From an uncultured Acidobacteriota bacterium (GTDB taxonomy: Bacteria; Acidobacteriota; Terriglobia; UBA7540): a DNA stretch of 64,000 nucleotides. A program made the translations under genes and the position numbers. The notes under the pieces are model-generated. The model was not told the origin of the DNA and did not search any database. It was given only the letters and a program-made list of their open reading frames with translations. Within the stretch, counting starts at the first letter, position 1; every line of letters begins with the position of its first letter. The stretch is taken from NCBI GenBank assembly GCA_963804995.1, contig CAWDSK010000003.1, positions 544,001-608,000 on the forward strand, given 5' to 3'. Below, piece after piece: positions 37,847 to 47,291 of this stretch.

Positions 37847-39364
37847 CTACGGAGTTAACGTGCACCCCTGCAGGTGGTTTTCAAGGCAAGTCTGGTTGTT
37901 CTTAAAGACCGTGTTGGCAGGCTCCAGCCGCCGCGCGGTTTTGAATTCCGCGGCGGCGTTTGACCAATCCTGGATCTTGGCGAGCGCAACGCCCAGCACA
38001 TTGTGAGCGTAGGGGTCGTCCGGGCGCAAGACAATAACCTTTTGCAGGCAAGAGGCGGCGTCTTCCGGCCGATCAGCCGCCAAGTAAGCCTTGCCAAGAA
38101 GATAGAGAGTGTCGGGGTGGTCAGGCTGAGATCGCAACACCGCCTGGAAATGGGTTATAGCCTCGTCGGGCTTACTCTGCATAAGCAAAGCTAAGCCGTA
38201 ACCGTACGAAGCTCGCACATTTTCGGGGTCCAGGCGCAGGGCTTCCTGAAACTTCCGCACGGCTTCCTCAACCTTTCCGCCCTCGAGGAGCTTCGTGCCT
38301 TCTCCGGCGTACGTGTTCGACAGGTTCCTATCCGCAGTACCTTCGGTCCTCTGCTGAAACACCCGGATCTCCTTTTCCGCTTCGCCTTTTCGCGCGGTTT
38401 TTTCGAGGGCTTGCGCCAGCACGAAATGGACCTCACGGTCATCGGGCAGCAGTTCGGCCGCGCGGCGCAGTTCCACGATCGCCTCATCCAGGCGTCCCTG
38501 CCTGCGCAGGACGAGTCCCAAATCCCGATGCGCTTCGCCCAAGTCGGGCCGCCGTTCGATAGCGCGGCGAAGCTCCGTTTCCGCTGTACTCAGCTCGTTT
38601 GACTGGAGATCGAGGTTCCCCAAGGCAGCATGGTAGTCCGCGTCGCGATCGTTGAGCTTGATGGCCGCCCGCAACTCCGCTTCCGCCTCGGGGAGGCTGT
38701 GATTGGTTTGATAGAGTTTGCTCAATTCAAAGTGCAGGCTGGGCTCGCGCGGGGCGTAACGCAGCGCCACGCGGTACTCTGCGAAGGCCAGGTCGTTGCG
38801 TCTCTCTTTGGCGAAGAGGCGCGCCAGGGCCTGGTGGACCTGGACGTCCGCGGGGTTGAGCCGGGCCGCTTCTTTCAGCTCTTTCTCGGCGTTGTCGTTC
38901 GCGCCTTCGTCCGCCAGCATGATACCCAAATTGCGGCGGATGACAGCGTCACGAGGAGCGAGCGAGGCGGACTTCCGCATTTGGGCAACAGCCTCGTGAG
39001 GGCGGCCGCTAGCCTCGAGCGCCGCCGCCAGGTTGCTGGACAGGCGAGGGTCGTTGGGGCGCCGCTCAGCGGCGCGCTGGAACACCTCCACGGCCTCTGC
39101 GTTGGCTCCCTCACTCATTAATGCGACACCGAGGTTGGCGAGGCAGTCGACATTTTCCGGATCGCGCTCCAGTGCCTGGCGGAATTTTTCTACCGCTTCC
39201 TTCACCCGCCCTTGCTTCATAAGGTCCAATCCAGCGGAATTCAAGCGTGCGGCAATCTCCCCTTTGTCCTCAGGGCGCGCTACGGCGCTCCATAAGAGCC
39301 CGGGGCCCGGTAGGAACAAGGACAGCAGTACGATGACAACGGCTTGTCGGTGTGAAAACCGCAT
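37847..39364 (-). CDS. Exported tetratricopeptide-repeat protein
   Basis: Signal peptide and more than 10 TPR units (A...LG..L...G...EA...F..AL...P). Confidence 0.92.
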   Translation of the reverse strand: MRFSHRQAVVIVLLSLFLPGPGLLWSAVARPEDKGEIAARLNSAGLDLMKQGRVKEAVEKFRQALERDPENVDCLANLGVALMSEGANAEAVEVFQRAAERRPNDPRLSSNLAAALEASGRPHEAVAQMRKSASLAPRDAVIRRNLGIMLADEGANDNAEKELKEAARLNPADVQVHQALARLFAKERRNDLAFAEYRVALRYAPREPSLHFELSKLYQTNHSLPEAEAELRAAIKLNDRDADYHAALGNLDLQSNELSTAETELRRAIERRPDLGEAHRDLGLVLRRQGRLDEAIVELRRAAELLPDDREVHFVLAQALEKTARKGEAEKEIRVFQQRTEGTADRNLSNTYAGEGTKLLEGGKVEEAVRKFQEALRLDPENVRASYGYGLALLMQSKPDEAITHFQAVLRSQPDHPDTLYLLGKAYLAADRPEDAASCLQKVIVLRPDDPYAHNVLGVALAKIQDWSNAAAEFKTARRLEPANTVFKNNQTCLENHLQGCTLTP

Positions 39365-39365
39365 C

Positions 39366-41277
39366 TTACTTGCGGATAATCTTGGGAAAGTTCCTGGGAA
39401 CAATTCCGACGCCTTCCTTTACAGTGATGATGCGATCGATGGGCAGGTTGGCAAGTTTGTCCACGGCGCCACTGGGCCAGACAATTTCGAGTGCATCGAC
39501 ATTCTTTCTTTGCCCCAGCCCGAAGTGAAGGCGCGGGTCCTGGGCGGACATATAACCCATCCCCCCCTGCGCCTGCCGGTACTCGATGAAAGTGCCGGAG
39601 GTAAGCTTCAGCGCCGCGCCCCGGCCGTCCCGATTGGATTTTGTCCCCACCAGCATTACTTCCAGCCAGTGGTTCGAATTTTCGCCTTCGTTGCGCAAGA
39701 GCTGCGGGTAGGAATTGCTGTTCGAGATGGCGATACCCAGGCGCCCGTCGTTATCAAAATCCGCTACGGCCGACCCGCGCCCCACGGTGGGTTTCATGAA
39801 GTCCGGCCCCATCTGCTCAGACACTTTTTCGAATTTACCTCCGCCCAGGTTGCGGAACATCAACTTGGGCTCCGCCCAAGTCTCCTCCGAGTGGTACAAG
39901 CGGATATTGTCCAGCATGCTCCCATTCACCTGGAAGATGTCCACCCAACCGTCGTTATCGTAATCGAACATCCGGGCGCTTACGCCGCTCAGAAGAATGG
40001 CTTTGTTGCCGAGGCCAGAGGTAAAGGTGACGTCATCGAAGGTCTCGTCGTGGTTGTTGCGATAAAGCCGGTTCAGCTCAAAGTCCAGGTGCGTGACGTA
40101 CACGTCCAGCCAGCCGTCGCCATCGACGTCCGCCGCGTCCACACCCATGCCGGCCTCGTATTTCCCGTCGTCACTGGCCGCCACGCCTGAGGTGAACGAA
40201 ACATCGCGAAACGTCCCGTCATGATTGTTGATGAAAAGGAAATTCGGCCAGGTATCATTGGCCACAAAGATGTCAGGCCAGCCGTCGTTATTAAAGTCCG
40301 CCAGCACCACACCCATGCCCTTCGCTTTCGGGCTTCCCCACCCCGGAGGCGTCGCTAACGTCTGTGAAGGTGCCGTCGTGGTTGTTGTGATAAAGCTTCA
40401 AGCGTTGGCCCCGGTAATTGTCCGGATGGCAATAAGCACGGTAGCCGGGCTTGTGGTCGCCACACCAAAGATTATTTTGGGGCGACCATTGGATGTAGTT
40501 GCAAATCAGCAGATCCAGATAGCCGTCCCGGTCGTAATCAAACCACCCCGCGCTGGTTGACCACCCGCCCTCATCGGCGACGCCTGCCTGGGCGGTCACA
40601 TCGGTGAAGGTCCCGTTGCCGTTATTGTGGTAGAGGATGGTGTGGCCGTAGCCGGTCACCAGCATGTCCGGATAACCGTCGTTGTCAAAATCGCCTACGG
40701 CCACGCCTTGTCCGTAGAACCCTGCGGCGCCGACCCCGGCCTTTTCCGTGACATCGGTGAACGTTCCATCGCCATTATTGTGATAAAGCGCCGAGCGCAG
40801 AGGGCGCGAGGGCTTGTACCATTCCGTCGCCGCGGTTTGGACCAGGTAGAGATCCATCAGCCCGTCCTGGTCGTAATCGATCCAGCCCAATCCGTTGCCC
40901 ATGGTCTCGAGGTAATTCTTTTCTTCCGTCATCGTGGCGTCGTGCTGAAAGGTGATTCCGGCGGCCTGCCGTACGTCCGTGAAGTGAATTGGGATGCCGG
41001 CCGAATGCGGCCCGGCGTGCTGGACCTCGTGATGGGCGACTTGACTTCTGTTGACCGCGCCGGCCTGAGGGGGAGCGCCAGAAGTCATGGGCCACAGAGC
41101 AGCAAGGGGCTGCGCACGTAATAGACTCCACAAGGCCGAGTTCGCGAAAAGTAGGGCGGCGGTCAGAAGGGCCACAGCCGCCAATCGGTGCGACTTGGGA
41201 GTCGTATTTGGATTTTGTTTTTTCAACTGGGTTTCTCGTCCCGCCCAACTATAGCGCAACCCGTCCTCCGACCTCAA
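39366..41277 (-). CDS. CRTAC1/ASPIC-UnbV family FG-GAP repeat protein, split by a +1 frameshift near 40327
   Basis: DYDQDGLMDL, DFDNDGYPD and DYDRDGYLD repeats; GKPE(A)KG joins MGVVLADFNNDG; C-terminal LHFGLG...IVWPSG UnbV domain. Confidence 0.9.
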
Positions 41278-41369
41278 TCATCCTCGGCGACCGTGCCAAT
41301 TGAACCCGACATTTGATATGCTAGCGACACCAACGCGATCTGAGGTTAGCACGAGGGAGCCACTGGCGA

Positions 41370-43631
41370 ATGGTCTTGCGCAAAACAAATTTGAAATCCG
41401 AAACTCCGGATAAGGGGCCAGATGAGGGGAATGATTCGACCGGTAAGAACCACAGTCAGTCGCAGACTCGGAGGGCCGACGGATTGGTCCCGCCCATGCG
41501 GCCCTCCCCGGCATCGCGATTCGCAACCCACCCGACGGTCTGGGCGGCCATTCTCCTGGGCCTGTTCTGTAGTTCCGCCGGCCTCTCGCAAAGTGATTCT
41601 CTCAATCGCACGCCGGTTTTGCTGATTACCGTCGATACGCTGCGCTGGGACCGGCTGGGCTGCTACGGGTCTCGCAGCGTCCGAACCCCCGCCATGGACT
41701 CCCTGGCCGCGCAGGGCGCGCGCTTTGAAAACGCCTTGGCCCAGGTTCCCGTCACCTTGCCCTCGCATACCGTGATCTTGACCGGGACCTATCCGATATA
41801 CAACGGGGCCCGCCACTATACAAGTCCGAACATCTTCCCGAGTATCGGACTGCTGCCGGAGGCCTTCCGCCGCCAGGGCTACGATACGGCGGCCTTTGTG
41901 AGCGCGTACGTGCTGAATTCGATCTGGGGCTTGAATCGCGGCTTCCAGACTTATGACGACCACTTCGGCCCGCGGCAGAATGTAATGCGCAACCCTGAGA
42001 ACGTTGAGCGCCGCGCCGACGAAACTGTGGGGCACTTGCTGGCTTGGTTCGAGGCCCGTGCCCAGCGAGGCGCAGCGGCCCGGCCTTTCTTCGTCTGGCT
42101 ACATCTCTACGATCCGCACAGTCCTTATGATCCTCCGGAGCCCTTCCACAGTCAGTACGCCGGACGCCTTTACGACGGCGAAGTGGCTTACGCGGACAGC
42201 CAGTTGGCGCGGCTATTTGATTATCTCCGCAAGAGCGGCCTCTACGATCGCACACTTGTGGTGCTGCTGGCTGATCACGGAGAGTCGCTGGGCGAGCACG
42301 GCGAAGACGAGCACGGCTTCTTCATCTACAACTCCACCTTGCACGTTCCGCTCATCTTTAAACTCCCGCAGGGAGAGGGTACGCCGCGTGTCGTCCACCG
42401 GCTGGTAGGGACCATCGACGTGGCGCCCACCCTCCTCGAACTGCTGCACCTTCGCGATCCCCTCAGCCGCCAGTTCCAGGGAACCAGCCTGGCTTCCGAC
42501 ATCCTGGGAAAAGAGGCGGCCAGCGCGCGCCCCGTTTATTCCGAGACGTATTACCCGCGCGACTCCCTGGGCTGGAGCGAGCTTGCCGGCCTTACCACCG
42601 ACCGCTTCAAGTTCATCCAGGCGCCTCACCCGGAGCTTTACGACCTTAGCAAGGATCCTCAGGAGTTGCGCAACCTCTACAGCGAAAACGCCACGACCGC
42701 GGCCGCGCTGCGCGAACAACTGACGGACATCGAGCGGCGTTACAGTTCGACTCAGACTGCGGCGGTTGGCCCGCCCTTGCCGCCGGAAAGCCTCGAAAAG
42801 CTGCGGTCGCTCGGTTACCTCGCTTATTCGGCACCCGTACAGCCTGCCTCCGCCGGGCCGCTCCCTGACCCCAAGGACCGCCTGAAGATATACAAGTCGA
42901 TCCAGCGCGCCCGCCTTTTGAATTCGACTGGACACAGCGAGGAGGCCGACGCGCTCCTCGCCACCGTCGCGAGCGAAGACCCGCACCTGTATGTGATTCC
43001 ATACTTGCAGGCTGAGAATTTCGCGCTGGTACATCGCTGGGATGATGCCGAACGCAGCTACCTGGCGTGCCTGAAACTCAATCCCGCCTACGATCAGGCG
43101 ATCATGGGGCTGGCGAATCTATATCTCGACAAGGGGGACGCCGCACAGGCGAAACCGTGGCTCGATCTCGCCATCCACCAGAACCCTCACAACTACACCG
43201 CCTACTACGCTCTGGGGGTGATAGCGCGGACGGAGAAGAACAATCAGGAAGGCTATCGCTGTTTCCTGAAGGCCGTCCAGGAGAATCCTGACTACGCGTA
43301 TTCCCAGCAGGAGTTGGGAATTACGCTGGTCGATCTGCAGCGCTACCAGGAATCCCTGGGGCCCTTGGGCCGCGCCGAAAGCCTTGGGCAGGAGGATGCG
43401 CGCCTCGAGCAATACTTCGGAACGGCCCTGGCAAACGTTGGCCGGTCGAAGGACGCCGTGGGTCATTACCAGAAGGCGCTGAAATTGAAGCCTGACTTCG
43501 CCGAGGCGCGCCTGAGCTTGGCTTTGACCTACCTCAGCCTGGGCGACCGCTCCGATGCGACCCGCGAGTTCCACACCCTCTGCCGCCAGAATGCTTCCCT
43601 GTGCCAACAGTTCCGCAACCAGTTTGAATAG
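41370..43631 (+). CDS. Sulfatase-like hydrolase/transferase with C-terminal TPRs; start probably about 41496
   Basis: LLITVDTLR, TPAMDSLA, TLPSHTVILTG, WLHLYDPH, ADHGESLGEH and ELYDL..DP; TPR tail. Confidence 0.9.
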   Translation: MVLRKTNLKSETPDKGPDEGNDSTGKNHSQSQTRRADGLVPPMRPSPASRFATHPTVWAAILLGLFCSSAGLSQSDSLNRTPVLLITVDTLRWDRLGCYGSRSVRTPAMDSLAAQGARFENALAQVPVTLPSHTVILTGTYPIYNGARHYTSPNIFPSIGLLPEAFRRQGYDTAAFVSAYVLNSIWGLNRGFQTYDDHFGPRQNVMRNPENVERRADETVGHLLAWFEARAQRGAAARPFFVWLHLYDPHSPYDPPEPFHSQYAGRLYDGEVAYADSQLARLFDYLRKSGLYDRTLVVLLADHGESLGEHGEDEHGFFIYNSTLHVPLIFKLPQGEGTPRVVHRLVGTIDVAPTLLELLHLRDPLSRQFQGTSLASDILGKEAASARPVYSETYYPRDSLGWSELAGLTTDRFKFIQAPHPELYDLSKDPQELRNLYSENATTAAALREQLTDIERRYSSTQTAAVGPPLPPESLEKLRSLGYLAYSAPVQPASAGPLPDPKDRLKIYKSIQRARLLNSTGHSEEADALLATVASEDPHLYVIPYLQAENFALVHRWDDAERSYLACLKLNPAYDQAIMGLANLYLDKGDAAQAKPWLDLAIHQNPHNYTAYYALGVIARTEKNNQEGYRCFLKAVQENPDYAYSQQELGITLVDLQRYQESLGPLGRAESLGQEDARLEQYFGTALANVGRSKDAVGHYQKALKLKPDFAEARLSLALTYLSLGDRSDATREFHTLCRQNASLCQQFRNQFE

Positions 43632-43906
43632 ACCTGCCCGCAGTGCGTTGTCCCGGCAAAAATGTGAGGGCCGGTTTTGGGGATTACGACCAAAAACTGG
43701 TTGCTCTAAATGTCCATTCCAATTTATTGCTATTTGTCCCAGCACTGAGGATTTATGTGGGACCTCGCTCGCTATGCCCCGCGGAGGCGCACAACTGGGA
43801 CACAAATCCGTTGGCCCATAAGCCTCGCGAGCGACAGATTGTCTGGATCGGCCAGCCCTGCCATTTGCGCAATTCAGGGGGTGAAAATCAGGGTCGGCGA
43901 TATCCT

Positions 43907-45115
43907 CTAGTGGGCCAGCTTGTACACTTCGCTTGCGGCCAGCAGAAATGCGCCAGTGACGAACTCGTGGGTACTGTTGCGCGCCACGGCGTGGGGCTCC
44001 GCGTCCACCGGCTGACCCCAAAGAATCTTGCCTTCCGGGCTGACGTTTTGCGTCAAACCTTTCCACGCCTTCCAGAGGGCCGGGAGATACTCTTTTCGGC
44101 TCAACACTCCATGGTTGATGCCCCAGGCCAATCCAAAACAGAAGAAGCCTGAGCCGCTGGTCTCGGGATTGGGGAATTGGTCCGGGTCGTCCAGGTTCAC
44201 CCGCCAAAGGCCATCCGCTCCCTGCCGCTTGACCACTTCCGGCGCCATGCGCAAGAAAATTTCGAGGTAACGCTGCCGGCTGGGGTCATGTTTCGGCAGA
44301 TAATCCAAAACCCGGGGGATGCCGGCGAAAACCCAGCCATTGGCGCGCGACCACAGGATCTTTTTCCCGTTGGGAGTTTTCTGGCCAATGAAACTGGGAT
44401 CGCGATAGTACAACCCGGATTCCTTGTCGAACAAAGGCGCCGTAGTGTCATCGAAAAACGCATTCATGATGTTGAGATATTTTTTATCGCCGGTAGCCTG
44501 GGCGAGCATGGCGAGCGCCGGCGCGCCGTAGAGGGCGTCGGCATAGGGGATTGGCGGCGACTTGGTATCTCTTGCGTCCATATACCAGAGTTTCGAACCC
44601 GCCGGCGAGAGGGGATCGGGTGTGGCGAGCCACAGGATCGACGGCTCGATCATCGCCCGATCCTTCTTGGCGAAGTAAATCTCAGCCCAGAGCTGGATGG
44701 GGAAGAGGCGGTTGGGCCCTATGCGCTCCTTGCCAACCTGCCATTGGAGTTCGCGACCGTATTTCACAGCTTGTTCCAGGTATGAGGGGTCCATGGTCGC
44801 CCGCCACGCCGCCATCACGCCGTTGTACCACACGACGCGCGGCCAAGGGTGCCACAGCGGGTCCGCTGCCTCCGACGGGTCTAACACCGGATGGGCGAGC
44901 TGATAAGAGTTCACCTTCTGGATAATCGCCAGGACGTCGGCTTTTGTCGGGATTGCGTCATCGGTTATTTCTTTTCCCGCCGCCATGGCTCCGGTGACGT
45001 GAACCCTTTCCCCGAATCTTAAGAGGTTAGTCGCGACCGAGGAGGTTTTCGCACCCGCTGCTGCTAGCAGGACGGGGTATGTAATCAATACGAGCCACGG
45101 TTTCCACTTGGTCAT
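43907..45115 (-). CDS. GH105/GH88-family unsaturated uronyl hydrolase, exported
   Basis: ADALYGAP, LFDKESGLYYRD, WSRANGWVFAG, QGADGLWR, ETSGSG and GAFLLAASE. Confidence 0.88.
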   Translation of the reverse strand: MTKWKPWLVLITYPVLLAAAGAKTSSVATNLLRFGERVHVTGAMAAGKEITDDAIPTKADVLAIIQKVNSYQLAHPVLDPSEAADPLWHPWPRVVWYNGVMAAWRATMDPSYLEQAVKYGRELQWQVGKERIGPNRLFPIQLWAEIYFAKKDRAMIEPSILWLATPDPLSPAGSKLWYMDARDTKSPPIPYADALYGAPALAMLAQATGDKKYLNIMNAFFDDTTAPLFDKESGLYYRDPSFIGQKTPNGKKILWSRANGWVFAGIPRVLDYLPKHDPSRQRYLEIFLRMAPEVVKRQGADGLWRVNLDDPDQFPNPETSGSGFFCFGLAWGINHGVLSRKEYLPALWKAWKGLTQNVSPEGKILWGQPVDAEPHAVARNSTHEFVTGAFLLAASEVYKLAH

Positions 45116-45129
45116 TTGATTTCCCCTTG

Positions 45130-45361
45130 CTCAGCACGACCCGTTTATCTTGTCAGCACCACCCCATTTCATTTTCAGCACCATGCCTTTTCCTTTTCAG
45201 CACCACTTCATTTCCTTTTCAGCACCACTTCATTTCCTTTTCAGCACCACCCCGTCGCTCAGCGCGCCACCCCTCCTCATCTGAGGCGGGGAGTTCCCTT
45301 TTTTTAAACAACTCCCCTCCTGATTTAGGAGGGGTGGCGCGCCGAGCGACGGGGTGGTTAC
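45130..45361. repeat. About 22-bp tandem repeat (TCAGCACCACTTCATTTCCTTT, 4-5 units) fused to family C copy 3
   Basis: Each unit begins TCAGCAC and the last runs into the family C palindrome. Confidence 0.85.
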
Positions 45362-45422
45362 CGGTGGCGCCGGGGTGGTTACGGCGGGTGGCGCCGAGCG
45401 CCGGAGGGCTTTTTCCGGCAGG

Positions 45423-46838
45423 CTAATCCCGTTCCGCTTGAATTCCGAGTTCGCGCAACTTCTCTTGCAGGCTCTGGCGATGCAAACCGATGGCCGCGGC
45501 CGTGCGCGTAATGTTTCCGCCGTGCTCGCGAAGTTTGCCTTTGATAAAGGCAATCTCAAACTGCCGCCGCGCCTCCCTAAAATCGTCGATATTGAGAAAG
45601 CCTAAGTCACCGGACCCTGCCTGCCGAGTGGCGCCCGGCGCAACGGAGTCTCGCGAGAAGTCTTCCGCATGCAAGGTGTCGCTGCGGCTCATGACCATAG
45701 CGCTCTCAAGCGCATTCTTCAGCTCGCGAACATTTCCCTTCCACTCCGCGCCCATCAGAATTTCGATGGCATCCTTGGCGACTGCTACTGACGGCCGGGC
45801 GTGTTTCTCGCCCAGCATCTGGCAGAACTGTTCGACCAAAAGGGGAATGTCCTCGCGATGCTCGCGCAGCGGTGGCAAACGCAGCAGCACCACGCGCAGG
45901 CGGTAGTAGAGGTCCTCGCGAAAGATTTGTTTTGCAATCTCCGCGGCCAGATCTTTGTTGGTTGCACTCACAATGCGGACGTTGACTTCGAGCGGCGCGG
46001 TCCCGCCCAACCTGTCCACCCGGCGCGTCTCAAGGACCCGCAGGAGCTTGGCCTGGGTCGCGAGCGACATGTCCCCCACCTCATCGAGAAAAAGCGTGCC
46101 ACCATTCGCCAGCTCAAACTTGCCGCGTTTCATTGCCATGGCACCGGTGAAGGCGCCCTTCTCAAATCCAAACAGCTCACTCTCAATCAAATGCTCCGGG
46201 AGGGCCGCGCAGTTCAAGGCCACAAACGGCCCCTTGCCGCGATTACTGCGCCGATGGATTTCCGTGGCCAGCAGTTCCTTTCCGGTCCCGCTTTCCCCTT
46301 GAATCATGACCGTGGCATCCGCTTGTGCGACCCGGTCGGCCAAGTCAAAAAGTTCCCGCATCACGCGGCTTGGACCGATCATGGCGCCGAATTGGCCTTC
46401 TGAAACCAACTGGCGCTTCAGCCGAACATTCTCTTCCGCCAGCGCCAAGTGCTCCAAGGCGCGCGCTACCACCAGACGAAGCTCATCCACTTCGAAAGGT
46501 TTCGGCAGATAGTCGTACGCCCCGCTCTTCATGGCTTCGACGGCAATCTTTTCCGAGCCATAGGCTGTGATCATGATGACCGCGGGACTGCTGGCTTGCG
46601 CTTTCAGTTCGCGAAGAAAATCCAGGCCGCTCTCCTCCGGCATTTCGATGTCCAGCAGAAGCAGATTGGGATTTTCCTGCGCAACCAGCGTGCGCGCGGC
46701 GGCGACGTTTTCCGCGTCCAGCACTCGATAGCGGTCTTCGAGCGCCCGCCGCATCCCGTAACGGGCGGTGCGGTCGTCGTCGACAATCAGGATGGTTTGA
46801 GGTTTTCGTTTCTGGTTCGAGGATTCTGTAGGGTTCAT
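45423..46838 (-). CDS. NtrC/AtoC-family sigma54-dependent response regulator
   Basis: Receiver domain (IVDDD, LLDIEMP), GESGTGKE, GAFTGA, LFLDEVG and Fis HTH. Confidence 0.96.
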   Translation of the reverse strand: MNPTESSNQKRKPQTILIVDDDRTARYGMRRALEDRYRVLDAENVAAARTLVAQENPNLLLLDIEMPEESGLDFLRELKAQASSPAVIMITAYGSEKIAVEAMKSGAYDYLPKPFEVDELRLVVARALEHLALAEENVRLKRQLVSEGQFGAMIGPSRVMRELFDLADRVAQADATVMIQGESGTGKELLATEIHRRSNRGKGPFVALNCAALPEHLIESELFGFEKGAFTGAMAMKRGKFELANGGTLFLDEVGDMSLATQAKLLRVLETRRVDRLGGTAPLEVNVRIVSATNKDLAAEIAKQIFREDLYYRLRVVLLRLPPLREHREDIPLLVEQFCQMLGEKHARPSVAVAKDAIEILMGAEWKGNVRELKNALESAMVMSRSDTLHAEDFSRDSVAPGATRQAGSGDLGFLNIDDFREARRQFEIAFIKGKLREHGGNITRTAAAIGLHRQSLQEKLRELGIQAERD

Positions 46839-46916
46839 ATGGTTTTGCGAAGCCTCAGGGGGAATGACTCTCTAATTCTTTTCACGTAACCTCTTGTATC
46901 CTGTTCGATGCTAAGA

Positions 46917-47070
46917 CCCCCTCACCCGTCCCGCTCCGGCTGATGAAAACGCCGGCAGCGGTCCACCCTCTCCCCCAAAGGGGCGAGGGCAGTAAGTTCA
47001 ACTTAACTCCCCCCTCGGTCGCCGCGGCGACTGAGGGCGGTAAGTTCAATTTAACTCTCCCCTCGGAGAG
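46917..47070. repeat. Palindromic repeat family A
   Basis: CCCCTCACCCGTCCCGCTCCGGCTGATGAAAACGCCGGCAGCGGTCCACCCTCTCCCCCAAAGGGGCGAGGG. Confidence 0.85.
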
Positions 47071-47130
47071 GGCTAGGCACCGTAAATCCCAGCCTTCTCC
47101 CAGGGGTCACAGATCCGCCGTGGCGGGAAA

Positions 47131-47291
47131 AGGGGTGCAAAAATCGTCTAAAACCTTCTTACCGCAGAGACGCTGAGGCGCAGAGGAATGAAAATAAAGG
47201 TCCTTTTCTCTGCGCCTCAGCGCCTCCGCGGTAAAAATACTATTTCTTCACAGCTTCGGACCCCGATACATCGGGGCAGGCTGCCCGTGGC
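47131..47291. repeat. MITE-like family B copy 3 plus CCCCGATACATCGGGG module
   Basis: Overlaps the kinase C-terminus; the module is the reverse complement of 33231-33278. Confidence 0.8.

Noticed and set aside
45130..45250. Possible CRISPR array
   Set aside because: Units are about 22 bp with near-identical 'spacers' and there are no cas genes; it is a tandem repeat.
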